Positions 22,309-33,393 of a stretch of 64,000 bases of DNA are shown here, piece after piece. The notes under the pieces were generated by a model. It saw only the letters and a list, made by a program, of their open reading frames with translations. It ran no database searches and was not told the DNA's origin. The stretch's first letter is position 1; the number at the start of each line of letters is the position of its first letter. The DNA lies in IMG/VR virus record IMGVR_UViG_3300020048_000009, positions 96,001 to 160,000 of that record; one strand, given 5' to 3'. This stretch comes from a virus (lineage: Duplodnaviria > Caudoviricetes). The position numbers and the translations under genes are program-made.

Positions 22309-23442
22309 ATGCCACATTATCTTATTTCAGGTAATACAGTAAGAATTATTGCAGAAGAAGCTATCAATGTTAAGACGGTTCTTCCTCTTGGAACATATAC
22401 CGTTGAAATTAATCCTATGTCACAAGAACTCTTTCTTCAGAAGGCACAGGGTTTTGATAAGCCTACTCGGGTATATGGTGAAGCTGAAAAGCATTCAGAT
22501 CGTATTATTAATACTTTTGAAAGCCGTGCAAAAAATACAGGCGTTCTATTAAATGGTGAGAAGGGTTCTGGAAAAACCTTCTTGGCTAAATATATTTCTT
22601 GGAAGCTTCACACTAAGGGATATTCAACCATTCTTATTAATGCTGAATATAATACGGTTGCATTGTCACAATTGATTCAAACTATTTCTGAACCCTGTTT
22701 AATCATTTTTGATGAATTTGAAAAGGTTTATTCTAAAAATGATATGGATGACGAGAAGGATCCACAAAACGGTCTTCTAACACTTCTTGATGGTTTGCTT
22801 GTTACCAAGAAATTATTCATCTTTACTTGTAATGATGAACATAAGGTTTCAGGTATGATGCAAAACCGTCCTGGTCGTATTTTCTATAATATCGCTTTCG
22901 GTGGCCTTTCTACAGAAACTGTTGAAATGTATTGCCGGGAAAAGCTTACGAACGATAAGCATCTCAAAGAAATTCTGAACATGAAGAAGCTTTTCGGCAA
23001 GTTTACTTTCGATATGCTTCAAGCTCTTGTAGAAGAAGTTAATCGTTATGATGAAAATCCTCTAGAAGTTGTTAAGCTGATGAACATTATCCCAACTATT
23101 GAAAATCAATATTACCATGTTGCGGTGACATCTGTTATCGATAATACTAAATATTGTACAAATATGGATACAGATAGTGACGGCATCTGGGCAAATGCTT
23201 ATAATACACGGGTCGCCTCAATATATATCTGGGAAAAGCCAGTTAAAACAACAGATGATGACAATGCAGCAGAAGATATAAAGAAAATTCGTATCAATAT
23301 TGGTATCAATAATATGATAGAACAAGACGGAAATGTTTATACATATCTTATTGATAAGACTTACAAAGTGGTCTTAACCTTAAATGAAGGTGCTAATAAT
23401 AGATCAATGTGGCGTTTTGCTGATCCGTATATGGCATTTTAA
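22309..23442 (+). CDS. AAA+ ATPase
   Basis: Walker A GEKGSGKT, Walker B IIFDEFEK, RPGRI arginine-finger motif. Confidence 0.9.
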   Translation: MPHYLISGNTVRIIAEEAINVKTVLPLGTYTVEINPMSQELFLQKAQGFDKPTRVYGEAEKHSDRIINTFESRAKNTGVLLNGEKGSGKTFLAKYISWKLHTKGYSTILINAEYNTVALSQLIQTISEPCLIIFDEFEKVYSKNDMDDEKDPQNGLLTLLDGLLVTKKLFIFTCNDEHKVSGMMQNRPGRIFYNIAFGGLSTETVEMYCREKLTNDKHLKEILNMKKLFGKFTFDMLQALVEEVNRYDENPLEVVKLMNIIPTIENQYYHVAVTSVIDNTKYCTNMDTDSDGIWANAYNTRVASIYIWEKPVKTTDDDNAAEDIKKIRINIGINNMIEQDGNVYTYLIDKTYKVVLTLNEGANNRSMWRFADPYMAF

Positions 23443-23445
23443 TCT

Positions 23446-23473
23446 CAACGGGGAGTGTTTAAACGCTCCCCGT
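23446..23473 (+). terminator. GC-rich hairpin after the AAA gene (terminator or stabilising stem)
   Basis: CAACGGGAGTGTT-TA-AACGCTCCCGTTG with one G-U pair; no U-tract. Confidence 0.55.
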
Positions 23474-24423
23474 TGCATTAGGTTGAAGATATAAGTAATG
23501 TATACGTCTTATTGTCAATGATTCAACATGGTTCAAATATGGAGGTATTGATATGTTTGGATTTAATACCGAAGATAAATTAGAATATGCTAGACTATTA
23601 GATGAAATTGGAGAAGACTATTGTCCTGCTGGAAATTATTGTATCTTTAAAATATTTCTAGTTAATGCACATCCCTCTAGAAGATTATTAGTACAATTAA
23701 AATGTATGGATAGATTTAAATACATTAGAAGTAAAGATTCTGGTATTGATATAGGTTGGGATATTACAATGACGTTATGGATAGATGAAGGACATGCTAA
23801 GAAATTTGCAGAAGTTTATTCTGATTTTAAATCAGATAAAGTAATTTTTAAAGAGATGTTCGGCTAAGTATACTTTACTTTTACATTTTGGTATAATTAT
23901 TTATAAAGGAAAATTATGGAATATAAAATCATACAAAGCGATGATGTTGAAATTTTTAACACAAGGGTGGAGCATTTCTTAAAATTAGGATTTAAATTAT
24001 ATGGAAATCCTTTTGCTACCCTAGAAAAACGTTACCATACACATTTAACTAATGATGTTAGTTTATATAATCAGGCCGTGATTAAGGAATAATTAGATAT
24101 GGTTAATAAACATGGTAATAAAATTTGCGGAGAAATGTTAACATTAGCTTTTTCTGCTGATAACGGTTCAGGACTTAAAGAAAAGTATGAAGCTTTTTAT
24201 TGCACACTACCGCCTGGACATCAGGGCAATCATGTTGCTGTAGGTGATGAACTATCTCCAGATGAATTAAAAGGTAAGGTTCTTAAAACTTGGGCTAAAG
24301 AAAAATTTAAAAAGAAATAATATAGAAGATATTTATTTTTTGTATCTGCTGTAGATACAGTGTATTTTATATTGATAATATTATAAAATATATCTTTAAA
24401 TTAAATTTAAAGGAGATACGTAA

Positions 24424-24768
24424 GTGAGAATGTGGATGATTCCGGCCAAATATCTTTGCAATCGTCATATTTTAGGGGAACATGGTGAGATCCATAAACA
24501 TAAACATAATTTTGTTAAGGGTCATTCTATGGCAGGTAGAATTTCACCGATTGTTCAAATTGAACCTGCTTCAATGCAAAGTAGACATGATGAACTGGCT
24601 GCAGAAATGTTAAGTAGAGGATTAAATCATAAATCCCCATATGAACAACCTGATTTATCAAAGTATTCATTAGAAGTAATAAATGCAAAAGTGGATTTAG
24701 GTATTACTATACGTACATTACATGAACGTTGTGAAGGCTGTCGAAAAAAACTTGATCATGAAGAATAA
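24424..24768 (+). CDS. denV: Pyrimidine-dimer DNA glycosylase (T4 endonuclease V-like)
   Basis: MRMW....LCNRHILGEHGE.H...RHDELAAEM..RG.NHKSP; GTG start with AAGGAG SD. Confidence 0.78.
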   Translation: MRMWMIPAKYLCNRHILGEHGEIHKHKHNFVKGHSMAGRISPIVQIEPASMQSRHDELAAEMLSRGLNHKSPYEQPDLSKYSLEVINAKVDLGITIRTLHERCEGCRKKLDHEE

Positions 24769-25419
24769 TTTTTAAAGGAGATATTATGTTAGAATTTTTT
24801 ATAGTTGCTGTTATTATATTTGTTGTTGTGTTTTTTATCGGTTTGTATTTTTTCTGTAAAAGAATTAAAAGGAAATATGAAACAAAAGAAGCAAATGATA
24901 CGTCTTTAAAGTTTTGTAAAGATTGTAAATTCTTTATGCCAGATACGACATGTAGGGGTGATTTAAGTATTAAATATGCTAAATGTAAAAGATCAATTAG
25001 AATAGGCTCAGATGATTCTAATTATTTTGTAACAGGTATAGCACCTGTTAATTCCAATTATACATGTTCTGTTGAAAGACAATTTGAATGTGGTAAAGAG
25101 GCTAAATTTTTTGAAAAAATAGAAAGTACTTATGAAAATAGAAAATAGAGATGAAGCGTTGGGCTTTTTTTCAAATAATGAATTAAAAGCAGAATTAAAA
25201 AGACGTGAAGATCTTGAAAGATTAGCGGCTATTCCAAAGCCAATAGAAAATCCTAATTTTTCAGAACTTGTAACTCAATGTAATACATATATAACAGAAC
25301 TTTCAGAAAGTATTTTCCCCATTGAAAGCGGCGATCATATACAATATATTTTTGAAGAAGCCATGAAAGCTGTATATGGTAAAAATGTATTTGAGTGGAT
25401 TAATGAAAAGTTAATGTAA

Positions 25420-25971
25420 ATGATTAGAAATATTATATTTATAGATGTAGATGGTGTTTTAAATAATACTAAATGCCCTAATACTTGCACATATAGTTTT
25501 AAATTACAAAACTGTCCATGTAAACCTGAGTATGGAATTCAAGAAGTATTTAAAAATAGATTTATTAATTTAATAAAAGCCTGTCCGGAAAATACAGAAT
25601 TTGTTTTAATTTCTAGTTGGAGACTTCAAACTAGATTATTGAATACTTTTAAAGAAACCTTTAAAGAACTATCTAATAAGTATTGGGGATGTCTAGAGTT
25701 TACTTGGGATGAAGTACATAGAGAAACTTCTATATCTCAATGGATTGCTAAAAATATAGAAACATGGACAGACTATTTTATGGGTGGAGAACTTGTTTAT
25801 CCAACTGATAATAAATGTAATTATGTTGTTTTAGATGATCGAAAGTATAATTTAATAAATAGACATAATCCTAATATTAAAGGTTTAAAAATAGATGTTG
25901 TTTCTAATATCGGATTAAGTGATGAAGATTGTAATGCGGCTAAACTATTCTTAGAAGCAAATGCATCATAA
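25420..25971 (+). CDS. HAD-family phosphatase (RNA-repair-associated HAD-like)
   Basis: IIFIDVDGVLN motif I, ISSWR, VVLDD, GL..ED. Confidence 0.78.
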   Translation: MIRNIIFIDVDGVLNNTKCPNTCTYSFKLQNCPCKPEYGIQEVFKNRFINLIKACPENTEFVLISSWRLQTRLLNTFKETFKELSNKYWGCLEFTWDEVHRETSISQWIAKNIETWTDYFMGGELVYPTDNKCNYVVLDDRKYNLINRHNPNIKGLKIDVVSNIGLSDEDCNAAKLFLEANAS

Positions 25972-26020
25972 TAAATGGTGTATTTATTTTACAACTTATA
26001 TTATATTAATAACATAACGT

Positions 26021-26326
26021 ATGAATAAATCAAATACAAATATGACTCTTTTAAAGTTTTTAGGATGGATTGAAATTCCTAAAAATTCAAATTATCATGA
26101 AGAGATTAAATTGGCGATGATGTTAGATCCGCATAGGAATTTAAAGGTTCCGCCTGATATTGAAAAGGATTTGAATGCTTTACATGATGTTGAAGTCTTA
26201 TTAAGCAAGGTTGATAATATTTTATATAATGTATATTGTAAAAAACTTACATATCTAAAAAAACCTATATTAAAAATTACAGTAAAGGATAGAGCTAAAA
26301 TTTTAGCAGAATTGATGCAAGGATAA
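26021..26326 (+). CDS. Phage ABA-sandwich-like protein
   Basis: LGW...PD...DLNALHDVE pattern, similar to 39726. Confidence 0.45.
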   Translation: MNKSNTNMTLLKFLGWIEIPKNSNYHEEIKLAMMLDPHRNLKVPPDIEKDLNALHDVEVLLSKVDNILYNVYCKKLTYLKKPILKITVKDRAKILAELMQG

Positions 26327-26329
26327 AAT

Positions 26330-26989
26330 ATGAATAGATCAAATAAAGAATTTACATTTTTTTGGCGTGGTCCGTTTAGTCAATGGCATAAAGCCAATAT
26401 GACTATTAATAATGTCACATATTTTTGTGCTGAGCAATATATGATGGCAGCTAAGGCAAAAGTTTTTGAAGACTATGAGACTTTAAATAAAATTTTACAA
26501 TCAACCTCTCCTAAAGAAATTAAAGATCTTGGTAGAGTTGTTAAAAACTTTAAACAAGAGGTTTGGGATAAAGTTAAGTATTCCATTGTTTATACTGGAA
26601 ATTTCTATAAATTCATCCAGAATTATGATTTAAAAACATTGTTATTAAATACAGAAGATAGTACTTTAGTAGAAGCCAGTCCATATGATAAAGTTTGGGG
26701 TATTGGTATGTCTGAAGATGATCCCGATTGTTTAGATGTAAATAAGTGGAAGGGCGAGAACCTTTTAGGTAAAGCTATTACTAATGTTAGACAAACCATT
26801 AAAAAAGGTATTACGATTATACTTGATTATCAAAATAGCCCTACTCTTTTTGATATTGGTCGTACTAATGAAGAACATAAAGCTATAATTGATGAAAAAA
26901 CATGTACCCATAGATTTGATTTGAAGTATAAAGGTGATACTCCAAGTTGTAATAGATGTGAAATATGTGGATATACGGAGTGGTTTTAA
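26330..26989 (+). CDS. NADAR (YbiA-like) family protein
   Basis: FFWRGPFSQWH, AEQYMMAAKA..F.D, LGR.V.NF, LVEASPYD.VWGIG, GENLLG. Confidence 0.9.
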   Translation: MNRSNKEFTFFWRGPFSQWHKANMTINNVTYFCAEQYMMAAKAKVFEDYETLNKILQSTSPKEIKDLGRVVKNFKQEVWDKVKYSIVYTGNFYKFIQNYDLKTLLLNTEDSTLVEASPYDKVWGIGMSEDDPDCLDVNKWKGENLLGKAITNVRQTIKKGITIILDYQNSPTLFDIGRTNEEHKAIIDEKTCTHRFDLKYKGDTPSCNRCEICGYTEWF

Positions 26990-27495
26990 TATGGGTATTC
27001 TAATAGGAATTGGTATTGGAATAATGGCACAACTGGTAGCAGTTGGTTTAGATTTATGTACAATACGAATTAGACTCACTGAAATACGAGATTTACTTAA
27101 AGAAAACAAATAAAAAAGGAAAAAATAAAATGCTAATATCATTATTCGAATTACGTAAAAAAGTAAATGATCAATATGATTATCTTATTAAAACACAAGG
27201 TGACATAGCCAAGAATATTGAAAAGTGTTATGTTGCTAAAATTCAGGAAAAAGCTGCAAATAATTGGTTTTATAGAACATTTACTGATTATAACAATAAA
27301 ATTTATATGGCTTGTATTTATTGTAACTATTCTAAGGATACGCTCTATAAGAAAATAGATAAAATGAAAGCCCAAATAAATAAACTATATCAAGAGTTTT
27401 ATTATACAGGTAGCAACTATACGGATAAAGAGCAGAAGAAAATGTTTATTCGTTTAACAGATGAAGAAGCTGCTGTTTTAGATTATAAGGTATAA

Positions 27496-28482
27496 ATGAG
27501 TATTAAAGTATTATATACAGGTAGTTTTAATCCCTTCCATAATGGTCACCAATATGTTTATGATATTGCTTGTAAATGTTTTGGTAAAGAAAATGTATGG
27601 ATTGGGATTGGCCAAAACTCTGAAAAAGCTACATCTAATCTTAATAATTTAGCTTTTAGTGTTCGTCCTATTACTAAAAATATTATTACTTATACTGGTT
27701 TAACTGCAAAGGTTCTAAGAGAACATAATTTTGATTTAATTGTTAGAGGTGTTAGACCTGGTAGATCACTAGAAGATGAAAATGATTTACTATATTGGAA
27801 TCGTAAGTTAAGCGGCGGTATAGAGACTATACTTATTCCTACGCCACCAGAGGTCAACCAGATTTCATCTGGTGCCATTAGAATATTGGATGCTAATAAT
27901 GCAACAGTTCTTCCTTATATGAACGAAATAGTTTATTATCGTTGGAAGGATAATACAGATCCTTATGCTAAAAAAATTCCAGTATATTTTGGAAAATGTT
28001 GTTCTGGTAAATCTACACATTTAATGGACCATGTTGCTAGATCATGGGATAATATTGTTTTAGATATGGATAAAACTCTTTTAACCTATCATAATAGAGC
28101 AGACGATCCAAATTTTAATATGGCCGAATTAAAAGAAGATATTAAGAAAATTTTTTATTCTAAAAATGTAAAAGCATTTTATGAGGAAATTGTTGATTTG
28201 GGACATGATATAAATTGGGAAAAATTATTTGGTGTTATTACAGAAATAGAAAAAAATAACTGTAAACCTTTGTTTGATATGCCAAATATTGGTTCATATT
28301 ATAATTGTATTCCTAAAAAATTATTAGGTCGTTTTAAATTTGTTAAGGTTTCGACTTCAGAAGAAAATAGAAAATATTTTGCAGAGCTTAGAAAGGTTAA
28401 TCCGTTATTATTAGAATGTAATGATTTAATGTATGTGGATATGCCATTCTGGGATGAAGAAATAGTTATAGAAAGAAAGTAA
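27496..28482 (+). CDS. coaD: Phosphopantetheine adenylyltransferase (CoaD)-like domain fused to a P-loop kinase-like domain
   Basis: YTGSFNPFHNGH (HxGH), IVRGVR, NRKL..GIET.LI, ISSGAIR match CoaD; C-half YFGKCCSGKST Walker A then VLDMD. Confidence 0.72.
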   Translation: MSIKVLYTGSFNPFHNGHQYVYDIACKCFGKENVWIGIGQNSEKATSNLNNLAFSVRPITKNIITYTGLTAKVLREHNFDLIVRGVRPGRSLEDENDLLYWNRKLSGGIETILIPTPPEVNQISSGAIRILDANNATVLPYMNEIVYYRWKDNTDPYAKKIPVYFGKCCSGKSTHLMDHVARSWDNIVLDMDKTLLTYHNRADDPNFNMAELKEDIKKIFYSKNVKAFYEEIVDLGHDINWEKLFGVITEIEKNNCKPLFDMPNIGSYYNCIPKKLLGRFKFVKVSTSEENRKYFAELRKVNPLLLECNDLMYVDMPFWDEEIVIERK

Positions 28483-30225
28483 TATGAATTTACAAGAACT
28501 AAAAGATGATGCGGTAGATTTTGCTAAAGAACCTGATGAAAAAGTAAGAGAGTTGCTACTTGGTGGTGTTGAAAGAGGTGTGGCGATTGTTGAAAAATTA
28601 CTAAATTATATTAAGAATGATGGATATACTTTAGATAAATGTGGTCATTATTTAAGTGGTATTAACCCCAAAGATGATGAAGAGTTTATTTGTGCAATGG
28701 TTTATGGCGTAATGGGGGGATCGGACCGTGACTATAAAAATTTAGCAGATAATGATGTTGTTATATTTTCTAATATATATCAGTCTGCTTGTTGGAATTG
28801 TGCTGAGAGCGGGTTTTCATTAAAAGTAGATAAAATACAAAAAACAATATCATTGGTTTCATGTAATTATGATAGAACCGCCCCACTTGGTTCTTGTAAA
28901 AAAATAATTAAAGATACCGTATGTAAATATAAAGATGGTCGTCCACCATATAGTATTAGATTAAACATTTCATCGGGTGTAATGTTATTTGCTAATCATT
29001 TTAAACGTTTATTTGATTTTACAGAATTACCAGAATTTAAAGGTAGAGCATATTCTAATGAATTTTGTATTAATTATTTTGAAGGTAGAAAACGCAGTAC
29101 AGAAGAATATGCTAAATTAGGATTAGGCGAATTTAATATTGGTAACTGTGGATGTAATATGTATAAGAAATCTGATGAAGAGTTTTTCGTCGGATATGAT
29201 TATACAGAATATGACGATGATGAAGCAAATAATAAGCCTAATGTTTTTGATAATACTAAAGTTGTCGGAAATGTTTGTACAGACTTCTGGGGCTTTTGTG
29301 TTATAGATAAAGATACATATGAAGCCAAGGTAGGAAAAGACGATTTAACTAAAAGGAAAAAAGAGAATAATATAACATATCTTGATTCTAAAATATTAGA
29401 TGATACTATTAATGCTATTAAATGTACGCCTGGAATTTATGAATTTACTCATTACTATCATCTGTTAAAAGATGGTGATCCTAATGTTTATACAACAATT
29501 AAATTAGTGGAGAAAATTTAAATGGATAATATAGTAAAAACAGATGCAGAAGCTTGGAATTTTCTAATTGAAATGGGCGGTGAATTTAGAATTCATACTA
29601 ATAGGGACGGATTAAGGGTTTATATTTGTATTTGTGATAGAAAATATAGTGGATATTGTAAAGCATTTGAATACCGATGGGATTTATCTAAACCAATAGA
29701 TAAAAATGCTTTAAGCGGAAGACCTGCATATATTAATAAGAAAGCTATTAAAGAACTTACTACAGGTTATAATGGAACACATACGGGTAAAACATTAACC
29801 GAGGCGGTTAATAAACATATTATTGATATGCCTGGAGATGTTCATATTAAAGCTGATGATGAATTAGATATTAAAGACTATTTATGTAAAGATAAATGTT
29901 GTGTTAGATGGACTTTAGAATTTAAAGGTTCTGAAGAAGAATTTAAAAAATTAAGTCTTACTGATGAATAATATAGTGTATTCTTTTTCATAATAAGAGT
30001 ATTATTGTTTTACTTTATGAATGCAAGTGAAACAAAACATCGATATAAATTACTTAGAGCCCAAAAAAGAAGAGAAAAGAATAAGGTTCGTAATAATAGA
30101 ATTAAACCACGTTATCGTCGGTGTGATAATTGTGGTGGTTCAGAGCAATGGTGTTCTTGTTGTAAGATGTGGACCAAAACATGTTGTGTTGATTATGGGA
30201 CATGTATGTGTAGTTAATTTTTAAT

Positions 30226-30286
30226 GGGTATGTAACTCAATTGGTAGAGTCATTGTGTATTGCAGGTTCGACCCCTGTCATATCCA
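30226..30286 (+). ncRNA. tRNA-like element lacking the anticodon arm
   Basis: Acceptor GGGTATG/CATATCC+A, TA, D-arm ACTC-AATTGGTA-GAGT, only 11 nt (CATTGTGTATT), T-arm GCAGG-TTCGACC-CCTGT; no encoded CCA. Confidence 0.75.
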
Positions 30287-30311
30287 TCAATTTAAATGAT
30301 TAGGAGAAAAT

Positions 30312-30560
30312 ATGAAAACCTTTGATCGTGTTGTAAGCTGTATTGTGGTTGTTATTTTTATAGCCCTTTTTGGGGTCTTTACCTATGTCCTTTTAACTAT
30401 GACAGCCCCTAAAAGGACTGTTGTTAATAATACATCATGTATTGAAAGTGAATATGATATTAAACCTTTTACATATAAGGGGCATACTTTATTAAAAATT
30501 TATAGAACAACTGATTATGCATTTGTACATGATCCTGATTGTATTAAATGTAAAAAATAA
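30312..30560 (+). CDS. Membrane-anchored protein with C-terminal HDPDCxKC motif
   Basis: N-terminal TM; F.Y.GH..LKI......VHDPDC.KC tail shared with 7617. Confidence 0.7.
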   Translation: MKTFDRVVSCIVVVIFIALFGVFTYVLLTMTAPKRTVVNNTSCIESEYDIKPFTYKGHTLLKIYRTTDYAFVHDPDCIKCKK

Positions 30561-30711
30561 AATAGGAAGGGATTAATATTATGTGGTGGGGATTAATTAG
30601 AGAAGGTGAATTGGTATCAACATTAAGATCTGGTTTTCGTCCTGTAACAACTGATTTTAATTTTCCTCTTTTTAGCGGTTTAAAATATAAAGTCGTAGAA
30701 GTACATATTAC

Positions 30712-31320
30712 TTGGTAATTTTTATGTCTAAAGAATTTAAAGTTGGCGATATAGTTTATTATAAAGCGGGTAGAATTGGTAATGGCAAATATGGATCTAT
30801 TGATTTTGGTCCAGATAATACCCTATGTGTACTCGATAATGAAGGTGCACCTGATATGGATGTTAAGGGCAACGAGGAATTATTAGAAGTTGTCGGAAAT
30901 ATCGATGACAATATCGATTTATTAAATGAGCACACATATCAAGATTCTCTGTATAGTATAGAAGATTTACGCCAAACATACATTGAATATCAAATTGATA
31001 TTAATACTAATTTCGATGACATTATAAAAGAGATGAAAGCTAATGCTCGCTTTTTAATTAGGCAAGAAGCTTTTGAAAATAAAGTATTAAAAACCGTTAA
31101 AAATATTTATCCTGACTATATTTATAGATGGAGAAATTCTGAAGATGGCGGTCGTCTTTTTGAAGTGTTTAATGTAGACGAAGAAAAAGTTAAGGAATGT
31201 GAAGAGGTTTGTCATAATGTAATAGATTTTAATGATTCAACACGTGAATTTGATTCTTTAATTCATGTTGTCAATAAAAAAATTACAGAAAGACATTATT
31301 CAAAAGTCTTAGAAAAATAA
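30712..31320 (+). CDS. YopX-like N-terminal domain protein
   Basis: GDIV...LEVVGNIDDNIDLL resembles the YopX EVIGNIYENPELL end motif. Confidence 0.45.
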   Translation: MVIFMSKEFKVGDIVYYKAGRIGNGKYGSIDFGPDNTLCVLDNEGAPDMDVKGNEELLEVVGNIDDNIDLLNEHTYQDSLYSIEDLRQTYIEYQIDINTNFDDIIKEMKANARFLIRQEAFENKVLKTVKNIYPDYIYRWRNSEDGGRLFEVFNVDEEKVKECEEVCHNVIDFNDSTREFDSLIHVVNKKITERHYSKVLEK

Positions 31321-31986
31321 AGGAAAATAATATATGAAGAGTGTTGACGAAATTATAGCATTATGGAAAGAAATGGGTATTTCTAACTTAGAAGATTATC
31401 GTAGAAATACCGCAAATAGAGCATGGTTTGATGATAATATAGAAAATTTTAAAAAATTTGATGCTAATATTATTGATTGTAAATTATTCTGGCAAGCGGC
31501 TAGAAATGAAAAAGCAAAATATACAAACGAAGTTGTTTGGCAAGTTTTAGTTAATATTAAAAAGAATAAGATTGCAAGCTGGATGAAGAAGAATCCCTAG
31601 AAAAATATATGAATATACTTATTGATAGAGGTAATGAAAGTACGGCTAAATACAGTGTACACTTTTTACAGGAATTGGATCTGTATTGTACTATTTTAGA
31701 TTCTGAAAGAGTTTATATTTTTAAAAATAGAGGCTCTGCAGAACGTGGTGAGGTTGATTATTCGACCTTTTTGAAAGTTCTTAAAATATTTGATGAAACA
31801 TTATATATGAAATATTATATTCAAAAGCTTAGAGAAATTTCTGAGAAATATAATTGTACGATTATTACGGCAAAACAACAGCCATATGTTTCATATACTA
31901 CTGATACTTTTGTTAAAATGACAGCACCGAGATTTGTATGTATCGATTATGTAGATGTAATTACTCCTTCTAAGAACATATAAAAT

Positions 31987-32760
31987 ATGAAAACTGAGCT
32001 CATACAATCACATATTTATAAAATGTTTTATATGCCTATTATCGATCATTTGTTACAAAATGATCCTGATAATATTAATATAATTTATAAGTATTTTGTT
32101 GCAGGTGGATGTTTTAAAAATCTTTATAAAGACGAAACTCCTAAGGATTTTGATATTTTCTGTTGGGATGAATCTATATCATTAGAACTTATAGAACTTT
32201 TTGAAGCGGTTGGTTGGAATGAAGTTCCAGCTTGGAAGTCTACAAAAAGAGCTGTTTCTGTTTTAAAAGCGATAAGCCCCGATTTTAAACCGATAATGGA
32301 AAAAACGTATAAACCCTTTGAAAACGGGCCGAATATTATTATACCTAGATTTACTAATTTAAAGCATCCAGAAATTCCTGGAACGTTGCAAATTATTCAT
32401 AAATTTTCATTTAATAATGTTATAGATTGTATTAATAGTTTTGATTTTACTATCTGTATGGCAGGTGCTTATTTAAAAAGAGTTGATTTTCCAGAACCAT
32501 TACCAAATGGTGAAACATTTAGTCATAATGAATGTGTAGTAGAAACAGGGAAATATTTCTTTGAAGATATGCTTACTGGTAGATTGAGAATTAATAAAAT
32601 TACTTTCCCTGTTGATTCTCTTAGAAGAGCTTTTAGATATTCCGATTATGGTTATAAACCCTGTAAGGGTGTTGTTAAAGAATTAGCTGATGCAATTCAC
32701 AATATGCCAAACGAGATTTATAATAATACAACCCTTTCACAATTCTATATGGTGGATTAA
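31987..32760 (+). CDS. Nucleotidyltransferase (tRNA nucleotidyltransferase/poly(A) polymerase head-like)
   Basis: VAGGC...PKDFDIF (DxD), FDFTIC, SLRRAFRY..YGY. Confidence 0.68.
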   Translation: MKTELIQSHIYKMFYMPIIDHLLQNDPDNINIIYKYFVAGGCFKNLYKDETPKDFDIFCWDESISLELIELFEAVGWNEVPAWKSTKRAVSVLKAISPDFKPIMEKTYKPFENGPNIIIPRFTNLKHPEIPGTLQIIHKFSFNNVIDCINSFDFTICMAGAYLKRVDFPEPLPNGETFSHNECVVETGKYFFEDMLTGRLRINKITFPVDSLRRAFRYSDYGYKPCKGVVKELADAIHNMPNEIYNNTTLSQFYMVD

Positions 32761-32762
32761 TT

Positions 32763-33317
32763 ATGTGTCATACAAGTATATCAGATTTAGAACTTAGTAA
32801 AATGTTAAGCCTTGTCTTACGACATAAACCCGAAGCTATTGGAATTTCTCTAGATAAAAATGGCTGGGCTAATGTAAATGAATTAATAGAAAAGTTAAAT
32901 ACCAAGAGAGAGTTAAAATTAAATTTAGCCATCTTAGAACATATTGTAGAAACTAATAATAAGAAACGTTTTATCTTTAATGAGGATAAAACTAAGATTA
33001 GAGCTAATCAAGGACATTCTATTGAAGTTGAATTAAACCTAAAAGAAACCGTGCCGCCTGTTACATTATATCATGGGACAAGTAGTAGGTTTACTAGTTC
33101 TATTTTAAAAACAGGATTAGAGAAACGAAATAGAAACCATGTTCATTTATCATTTGATATAGAGACTGCTAAAAAAGTAGGACTTCGACATGGTGGAACG
33201 CTTGTTATTTTTAAGGTTAATTGCAAGCAAATGTTAGCAGATGGTTTTAAATTTTATCTTTCTGAAAATAAGGTTTGGCTCACTGAAAGAGTTCCTGCTA
33301 AATATTTAAGTCTTTAA
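32763..33317 (+). CDS. kptA: RNA 2'-phosphotransferase Tpt1/KptA
   Basis: LSK.LSLVLRH, GW, KRF, IRANQGHS, LYHGT, RNHVHLS, N.VWLT..VP. Confidence 0.93.
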   Translation: MCHTSISDLELSKMLSLVLRHKPEAIGISLDKNGWANVNELIEKLNTKRELKLNLAILEHIVETNNKKRFIFNEDKTKIRANQGHSIEVELNLKETVPPVTLYHGTSSRFTSSILKTGLEKRNRNHVHLSFDIETAKKVGLRHGGTLVIFKVNCKQMLADGFKFYLSENKVWLTERVPAKYLSL

Positions 33318-33343
33318 TTTATTTCTAAGACATGCGCTTGACG

Positions 33344-33367
33344 AGATGATTTTAAATCATCTTTTTT
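33344..33367 (+). terminator. Hairpin plus T-tract after kptA
   Basis: AGATGATTT-T-AAATCATCT followed by TTTTT. Confidence 0.6.
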
Positions 33368-33393
33368 ACAGAAAAAACTTTAGAAAAATACAA

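Noticed and set aside
23474-23550. Possible structured ncRNA after the AAA hairpin
   Set aside because: Only loose AT-rich complementarity; not distinguishable from chance by eye.
30251-30261. Intron-split or permuted tRNA explaining the missing anticodon arm
   Set aside because: The segment is shorter, not longer, than expected, and no matching anticodon half was noticed nearby; kept as a tRNA-like element.
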